A DNA stretch of 13,240 nt from an uncultured archaeon. GTDB lineage: Archaea; Asgardarchaeota; Lokiarchaeia; Sigyniarchaeales; SOKP01. The stretch is from NCBI GenBank assembly GCA_964525635.1, contig CAZGJX010000106.1:1-13240 (forward strand), given 5' to 3'. Positions 8,301 to 13,240 of the stretch are shown here, in pieces (position 1 is the stretch's first letter; each line of letters begins with the position of its first letter). The notes under the pieces were generated by a model. It searched no databases. It was not told the DNA's origin and worked only from the letters and a program-made list of their open reading frames with translations. A program made the translations under genes and the position numbers.

Positions 8301-10372
8301 AAATTAGTTTAGATTTAGATTCTGGTACTGATACTGGAATAAGATTAGCTATTGGAGCAAGCATCTTTCAATTTCATAATGGATCTTGGAACAATATTGA
8401 GGAAGCATCAAATGCCATTTGGTATCATATAAGAGTTGATTTTGAATGTGGGGATGGATTATATCAAGGATTAGCTCCTAATACATTCTTTATCTATATA
8501 AATGGGGTAAAGTTTGGAGCGTATACCTTTAGAAGTAATGTTGGTAATATTGATAAGTTTCATATTTATACGCGTACTGATATTTCTAGCTATAGATATT
8601 ATTTTGATGCGATTAGTTATTCGTGGGATCCAGACTATAATACAGGGGATAATCAAAAGGAAGGATTTTTAGTTAGTTTTAAGATTTCTGAATATTTTGA
8701 ATGGGTTGGATATTCTATAGATAATTTAATAAATAAGACTATTTTAGGATGTACAATTATTCCTATGCCAAATCTTGGGAAACATTCAATCCAAATTTTC
8801 GCAAATGATTCAAAAGGTATTAAATATCAGTCAGAAAAGAGATTTTTTACTATAGAAAACATTTTAACCTTGATAAGTCCAAAAAATATAACATATGAGG
8901 AAGAAATAGAAGGATATTATCCTGCTACATTTGGATTCGAAAGTGTTATAGATGGTGATTTTCATGAAAAATGGATTGATTTTAGTGGATCTGAATGTAG
9001 TGCTCAAGTTTTTAATTCAATAACAGGACATAAAAAAGTACTAGAATTAAATGATACATCTGAAGCTAGTCAATGTCATGTGAGAAATATCTTTTCTACT
9101 CTACAGACCTCTGGAACAATTGAATTTTGGTTTTTAGGAATTGATGTTAATCATCAATTAAATTTTAATATTAATTCAGGACCATCAACTGCGATTATGA
9201 TTGCTACAGGGGCAGGACGCCTTCAATTCAATAATGATTCTTGGAACGATATTCAAAATATTTCAAGTAATACATGGTATCATATAAGAGTGGATTTTGA
9301 ATGTGGAGATGGATTATATCAGGGATTAGCTCCGTATAAATTCTATATCTATGTAAATGGAGTAAAATATGGTCCATATTCTTTTTATATTGATGTTTCT
9401 AATGTGGAGTACTTTGATTTAATTACTCGTGATATCATAAAGGATTATAAATATTATATTGATGCTATTGGATATTCATGGGATTCTAATTACAATATTG
9501 GTGATAATCAAAATGAGGGCCTCTTAATCAGTTTTGTAAATATTACTATGTTAGAATGGTATGCATATTCTTTAGATGGACAAGTAAATAGGACTATATT
9601 GGGCAATAAAACTATTCCATTTCCAAATGACGGGTATCATACAATACAAGTATTTGGTAGGGATTTGGATGGATTTTATTATCAAACAGATTTGATTGGT
9701 TTTAACGTAGATCTTTATCCAAATTTGAATTCACCTGATGATATTAATTATGTAGAAGGTGAAACAGGAAGCCAAATTTCTTGGATTCCCACAGACTTTA
9801 ATCCTCATTATTATTTAATAATTCAAGATGATACAATAATAGAAAATGGAACTTGGATTTCTGGAGAACCCATAAACGTTAATGTTGAAGGATTATCTGT
9901 TGGAATACATACTTATAAAATTATTCTTAATGATACAAAGGGACGATTAGTAAATGATAGTGTTAATGTTATTGTTAAAGCAAATCTAATACCTTTTATT
10001 AATTCTCCCTTAGATATTGAGTATATTGAGGGAGAAACTGGGAATATAATAAACTGGACAGTAATAGATGACAATCCTTTAAATTATATTGTATATGAAA
10101 ATGGATCTGAAATATTAAGTGGAATATGGATTTCTGGAGATCATATAATTGTTAATGTTGATGGATTATCTCTAGGAGATTATAATTATACAATAGTAGT
10201 CTTTGATAATAGTGGTGAATCTGTTTTCGATGAAGTAATTATCAAAATTTTACCGAGATCTCATCCCTCAAATAATATTCCTGGATTTGAATTATATATA
10301 TTGCTTATAAGTATGATTACATTGATTTCTATAATAATATATTTTATTCAAAGAGAAAGGATTCTAAAATAA
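5306..10372 (+). CDS. large cell-surface (probable glyco)protein: signal peptide, five ~284-aa repeats (jelly-roll/LamG-like + Ig-like), two ~91-aa Ig-like domains, IPGF-TM Loki-CTERM-like anchor
   Basis: MKRKK + hydrophobic N-terminus. SGTIEFW...WYHIRIDF...YVNG...YFD motifs recur five times. Many N-x-S/T sequons. C-terminus is IPGF + TM helix + QRERILK. Confidence 0.9.
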   Translation: MKRKKLIVLIMIILIFFPSFANISSFFEESNKIKNKVDDNYNIHHSDSEFNILTPENTTYMNPMWGYYPATFGFERVIDRDFDSEWDDNSGTGCSAQVVNAIAGHNKVLELNDTDSIYGCDVSNTFTTPQTSGTIEFWFLGINTLSQINIQINTGTTTAIMLAIGGEFLQYNDGNWNNIHHVLSNTWYHIRIDFECGNGLYQGLSPDTFFVYVNGINYGPYSFYTDVSDVNIFNLFTRTVIANYKYYFDDIGYSWDPNYNIGDNRNEGLLLSFETSIIMEWIGYSLDGQINRTILGDKTIPFPRKGFHSLKLFGNDSLGNIYQSDLRYFRISPINILTPENKTYIKPMQGYYLATYGFESVEDGSLHNEWIDNSGSGCSVQVIDSIEGRKKVLELNDSDSTYGCDVSNTFTTPQTSGTIEFWFLGIDVNYQINIQLNSGATNAIILATGAGHLQYNDGNWNNIQDIFSNTWYHIRIDFECGNGLYQGLSPDTFFIYVNGTKSVAYSFANDVSEVDLINLITRTTIADYTYYFDDFGYLWDPNYNIGDNQNEGLLISFENSIPMDWIGYSLDGQNNKTILGDKTIPYPEEGSHTLKLFGNDSLGNIYQSDLRYFKISPINILTPENKYYEDPMEGYYPATFGFENVMDGNLHNEWIDNSGTGCNVQVINSIEGHNKVLELNDSDSINGCDISNTFTSPQTSGTIEFWILGDDVYNQIDINIDSGAVNAIRIGINMRNILYYENFWKNIRSISNNTWYNIRIDFECGGGLYQGLYDDKFCIYIDGIKYGSFDFNNQVSNVDKFYVNTSSNVANYNYYFDAIGYSWDSNYYIGNNQKKGLLISYESSVIIDWIEYCLDGRIFRTIEGNISISFPNAGNHSIQLFGNDSLDNSYQSDIVYFTIIVIDLLEPKNNTYAYTMRGHYFATFEFEKKPNEYFFNNWIDNSGSACITQTIDSLEGHNKVLELIDSSTSAACDISTTFSTPQTSGTLEYWIFGYNLNYQISLDLDSGTDTGIRLAIGASIFQFHNGSWNNIEEASNAIWYHIRVDFECGDGLYQGLAPNTFFIYINGVKFGAYTFRSNVGNIDKFHIYTRTDISSYRYYFDAISYSWDPDYNTGDNQKEGFLVSFKISEYFEWVGYSIDNLINKTILGCTIIPMPNLGKHSIQIFANDSKGIKYQSEKRFFTIENILTLISPKNITYEEEIEGYYPATFGFESVIDGDFHEKWIDFSGSECSAQVFNSITGHKKVLELNDTSEASQCHVRNIFSTLQTSGTIEFWFLGIDVNHQLNFNINSGPSTAIMIATGAGRLQFNNDSWNDIQNISSNTWYHIRVDFECGDGLYQGLAPYKFYIYVNGVKYGPYSFYIDVSNVEYFDLITRDIIKDYKYYIDAIGYSWDSNYNIGDNQNEGLLISFVNITMLEWYAYSLDGQVNRTILGNKTIPFPNDGYHTIQVFGRDLDGFYYQTDLIGFNVDLYPNLNSPDDINYVEGETGSQISWIPTDFNPHYYLIIQDDTIIENGTWISGEPINVNVEGLSVGIHTYKIILNDTKGRLVNDSVNVIVKANLIPFINSPLDIEYIEGETGNIINWTVIDDNPLNYIVYENGSEILSGIWISGDHIIVNVDGLSLGDYNYTIVVFDNSGESVFDEVIIKILPRSHPSNNIPGFELYILLISMITLISIIIYFIQRERILK
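5453..9715 (+). repeat. five intragenic tandem repeats of 852-855 bp
   Basis: Equivalent unit starts at 5453, 6305, 7157, 8009 and 8864 (spacing 852, 852, 852, 855). Confidence 0.92.
9719..10250 (+). repeat. two tandem 273-bp Ig-like domain repeats
   Basis: P..NSP.DI.Y.EGETG..I.W...D.NP..Y...G.WISG..I.VNV.GLS.G starting at 9719 and 9992. Confidence 0.85.
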
Positions 10373-10380
10373 TTATATAA

Positions 10381-10388
10381 TTTTTTTT
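10381..10388 (+). terminator. possible archaeal oligo-T terminator
   Basis: T8 run 8 bp after the stop of the large gene. Weak evidence in AT-rich DNA. Confidence 0.3.
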
Positions 10389-10422
10389 AATTATCTTAAT
10401 AGATACACCTGAAAATTGTTAT

Positions 10423-10749
10423 AGGAATAAATTTATAAAAAGTACATTTTATCGAGGAGCTTTTGGATGTATATTTATTTTTGATCTAAAAAAACCTCAG
10501 AGTTTTGAAATCATTAAAAAAAGGATTTTAGAGATATATGATTATGTCAATAATAAGAGGTATTTTATCATTATAGGAATCAATGCAGATTTATCAGAAA
10601 AATCAGATATAAGAATTGATAATACAGATATTCAGGAATTTATAGAAAAAATTAGTAGTATCTATTATAAAGCCACTATAAATAATATTAACAATATTGA
10701 AGATGTATTTGTTGATTTAACTCGAAAAATAATGTATTCTCGAAGTTGA
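10423..10749 (+). pseudogene. 5'-truncated second copy of the small GTPase gene at 1730..2251
   Basis: Aligns to 1928..2251 with about 35 substitutions plus one extra codon (about 89% identity, hand count). Reads RNKFIKSTFYRGAFGCIFIFDL...TRKIMYSRS*. The frame is open from 10381 but has no ATG/GTG/TTG start near its 5' end. Absent from the ORF track. Confidence 0.88.
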
Positions 10750-10844
10750 TTATTTAATTATTGGGGTTTTTTTTGAGTAAAAAGATTTTTAATTTAATAT
10801 AACTTTTAGAAACGTCATATTTTAATATTTAAGATAGTTATCGT

Positions 10845-10865
10845 GAAATAACTGTTTTGCAAAAC
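10845..10865. repeat. repeat A copy 1: GAAATAACTGTTTTGCAAAAC
   Basis: Identical 21-mer at 12225..12245. Contains the palindrome GTTTTGCAAAAC. Confidence 0.85.
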
Positions 10866-11022
10866 ACGTTATTAGGGGCTATAAGCTCTAATTTGCTAAA
10901 GATTGAAAAGATTAAAATAATTAACAGAAAGAATTATCAATATTGCTTTATCTCTAAATTATAGGTAAAAGATATAAAGTCAATTGACTATATTTCTTAA
11001 GATTTATATTCAATATTTTTAA

Positions 11023-11055
11023 ATAAAAAAGTTGAGTTAGAAACCAAACATTTAT
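11023..11055 (-). repeat. repeat B copy 1 (33 bp), terminator-like on the minus strand
   Basis: ATAAAAAAGTTGAGTTAGAAACCAAACATTTAT, 32/33 identical to 12131..12163. Minus strand gives an imperfect hairpin + T6, 14 bp after the flavodoxin stop. Confidence 0.8.
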
Positions 11056-11069
11056 ATAAAAAAATATTA

Positions 11070-11531
11070 TTAATCCTCTAAATAGACTTTAATATTATTG
11101 ATAAAATCTTGTATTTTTTGTTCTTGTCCCTCCTCAGCAGGCCCTTTCATACTCTTCATTTTTACTTCTAAAACTTCTGAATAAACATTTTCGATATTCT
11201 TTGCATTTCTTATTGTTTTCACCATCCCCCTTTTAAATAATTTCTTGGGTTTTAATCTATGAGTATAACATATTATAGTTTTAGGAATTGGTCCCTTTCT
11301 ATTAGTATCTATTTCTTCAACAAACTTTTTCATTTCTCTATCTACTCCAAATTGCATTATTCTAGTAGTTAAAATGAGCCCATAAAGGTTATCTGTATCA
11401 TTAGTAAGATTAAAATTACCTATTCGTTTAACTTTAACATCAAACTTCTTGGTGAGGCCTTTAGCTATTTCTTCTGCTAAAATTCTTGAATTCCCATAAA
11501 GGGAATTATGAATAATATATACATTCTTCAT
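11070..11531 (-). CDS. flavodoxin-fold protein (paralogue 1)
   Basis: IIHNSLYGNSRILAEEIAKGL (S.xGN(T/S)..A..I phosphate-loop motif), 153 aa, alpha/beta pattern, KGP.EEG near the C-terminus. Confidence 0.8.
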   Translation of the reverse strand: MKNVYIIHNSLYGNSRILAEEIAKGLTKKFDVKVKRIGNFNLTNDTDNLYGLILTTRIMQFGVDREMKKFVEEIDTNRKGPIPKTIICYTHRLKPKKLFKRGMVKTIRNAKNIENVYSEVLEVKMKSMKGPAEEGQEQKIQDFINNIKVYLED

Positions 11532-11554
11532 TTTTTTTCTACCCTCTATAATAA

Positions 11555-12016
11555 TTAACTTTTTAAAAATATCTTTAGGTTATTAATATATTCATTAATT
11601 TTTAGTTCTTGTCCTTCCATAATGGGACCTCTATTTCCATCAACTCTTACTTCTAGATACTCAGGAGATATATTTTTTATATTATTTAATTTTTCTAACG
11701 TTTTATCCATTCCTTTCTTGAATCTTTCTCTCCATTTCATTTCATGCATGTAGAATACTGCCGTTTTAGGTATAGATTTTTTTCTATAAGAATCAATTTT
11801 TTTTATAAATTTCCTTATTTTAAAATTTGGTCTTAATGAAATAATCCGAGTAGCGATAATTAGTCCATAAAGACTATTTATATCACGCTCAAAGTCAATA
11901 TCATTTATATGGTCAATTTTCGTTTCAAAATCATTTTTAAGACCCTCAGAAATCGTTTGTGCTACACATTTTGAATTCCCAAATCGAGAATTATGAATAA
12001 TTAATATTTTTTCCAT
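11555..12016 (-). CDS. flavodoxin-fold protein (paralogue 2)
   Basis: IIHNSRFGNSKCVAQTISEGL. Co-linear with paralogue 1 (LYGLI..TRI, IPKT, GP..EGQE.KI). ATG 12016 gives the same 153-aa length. Confidence 0.8.
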   Translation of the reverse strand: MEKILIIHNSRFGNSKCVAQTISEGLKNDFETKIDHINDIDFERDINSLYGLIIATRIISLRPNFKIRKFIKKIDSYRKKSIPKTAVFYMHEMKWRERFKKGMDKTLEKLNNIKNISPEYLEVRVDGNRGPIMEGQELKINEYINNLKIFLKS

Positions 12017-12130
12017 TTTTTTATACCTTTCATAAATCAACGTTAATTGGATATATTTATTGATTAAAATTTTATTTTTTTATATTATTTCTTTAGTCCA
12101 ATTTTTGATAAATAATATCTTGCTTTACAT

Positions 12131-12163
12131 ATAAAAAAGTTGGGTTAGAAACCAAACATTTAT
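12131..12163 (-). repeat. repeat B copy 2
   Basis: ATAAAAAAGTTGGGTTAGAAACCAAACATTTAT, direct repeat of 11023..11055. Confidence 0.8.
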
Positions 12164-12224
12164 TTAATAATAATTATGGACTTTTTTCATGGAAAAAGAG
12201 ATTTTTTTAATGGAAAATGGGTGC

Positions 12225-12245
12225 GAAATAACTGTTTTGCAAAAC
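12225..12245. repeat. repeat A copy 2
   Basis: Identical to 10845..10865. Both copies run into a CACGTTA motif. Confidence 0.85.
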
Positions 12246-12538
12246 TCACGTTAATAAGTGATCTCAGTCATATCATTAAGTTTTGGAGGGATGAATATAA
12301 ATTAAAAAATTTTTTGATAAGATACCTAAGTTTTTAGGAAATTTATAAAAGAGAGAAAATTAGTTGATTCTTAATTTCAAGATATAATAGAAAAATTATA
12401 TAATAAAGAAATTTTAAATTCTATGAAATTTGATTTTCGAAATAGACAAATTCAACGTCAGATTTCAATGAAAATTACATTGAAAAATATGAACCCATAA
12501 CCAAATTTTGGATTATAGATATCTAAAATTCAAAATGT

Positions 12539-13240
12539 TTAGGTACATTGAGAAGCATATTCAAAGAGTTCATCAAGCTCTCTCTCCAATGCTTCTACAC
12601 TATATGCTCCTTCACGAATTCCAGGAATTTGTCCACCATAAGCTCCATGATAAGCGATATAAATAAAAACCTTACAATACATTATAGAATCTTCAGGAGA
12701 ACAACTGTCGGAAAATTCAATGAAATATCTATTCAGTTTGAGGAGAACATCTTTTGAAAATATTTCGTTAGGTATTTGATTTTTATTTATTATTTCTGGA
12801 ATTATTTCATGAAGAACCTTATTTTTATCAATAAAATTATCTTTTTGATACCATAGGTCAGCCTCCTCATATTTTTTCATATCACTAACAATATCTTTAG
12901 GGGGAATGTAAATTCTTGGATCTATAATATAGAGTAATTCAATAGATAGAAGCTCTGTGTAAGTTGAAAATAAGCTAATTTGATCTTCACTCCTCATTTC
13001 TGATTTCATATGTTTCGTAAAATAAGAAAAAAGGTCTTCAACTGACCAGAGATGAGAAGGTTCTGCACTTCCGATAGTATATAATCCACCTGCTTCGAAA
13101 ATCTTTCTAACAGAATCTTTTGTGAGTTTTTGACGATGACTATAAAGGTCTCTAAAGAAATTTTCATCAAAGTAAGGTATTGTCCAACATGTAACCATGT
13201 TCAGAAAATTTTTAGAAAATAGGGATCTAATATCTTTTAC
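12539..13240 (-). CDS. hypothetical protein, probably 5'-truncated by the window edge
   Basis: 219-aa ORF with no family I recognise. The frame stays open upstream of ATG 13198 to the window end (VKDIRSLFSKNFLN-M). Confidence 0.7.
   Translation of the reverse strand, partial: VKDIRSLFSKNFLNMVTCWTIPYFDENFFRDLYSHRQKLTKDSVRKIFEAGGLYTIGSAEPSHLWSVEDLFSYFTKHMKSEMRSEDQISLFSTYTELLSIELLYIIDPRIYIPPKDIVSDMKKYEEADLWYQKDNFIDKNKVLHEIIPEIINKNQIPNEIFSKDVLLKLNRYFIEFSDSCSPEDSIMYCKVFIYIAYHGAYGGQIPGIREGAYSVEALERELDELFEYASQCT

Noticed and set aside
8471-8656. 61-aa minus-strand ORF
   Set aside because: Antisense to the large repeat protein.
1928-10749. GTPase copies as a DGR template/variable repeat pair
   Set aside because: Many differences do not involve adenine in either copy (GTT/TTT, TGC/TGT, TCT/TTT, CCA/TCA), and there is no reverse transcriptase in the window.
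10845-12250. Repeat A as an integron attC site or CRISPR repeat
   Set aside because: The AAC-to-GTT span is far shorter than known attC sites, there are only two copies 1380 bp apart, and no integrase, spacers or cas genes are visible.
12548-12757. 69-aa plus-strand ORF
   Set aside because: Antisense to the longer 12539..13240 ORF.

Overview
Very AT-rich archaeal DNA, most likely from an Asgard archaeon (Lokiarchaeia/Promethearchaeota-like). The lineage is inferred from the Asgard-type Rab-like GTPase sequence and the ISGY/IPGF-TM-basic C-terminal anchors. The window is an accessory region. It contains a membrane-anchored SBBP beta-propeller protein, a small-GTPase-fold gene with degenerate nucleotide-binding motifs, an orphan topoisomerase C4 zinc-ribbon remnant and a YkgJ/CxxCxxCC protein. 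It also has a hairpin-rich, GC-elevated intergenic island, a small RHH-like gene divergent from a two-gene MenA1/MenT1-like (small helical protein + AbiEii/DUF1814-type nucleotidyltransferase) toxin-antitoxin candidate, and a 1688-aa surface protein with five 284-aa tandem repeats plus two Ig-like domains. The rest comprises an unannotated 5'-truncated second copy of the GTPase, two tandem flavodoxin-like paralogues enclosed by two nested pairs of direct repeats, and a hypothetical gene running off the right edge.
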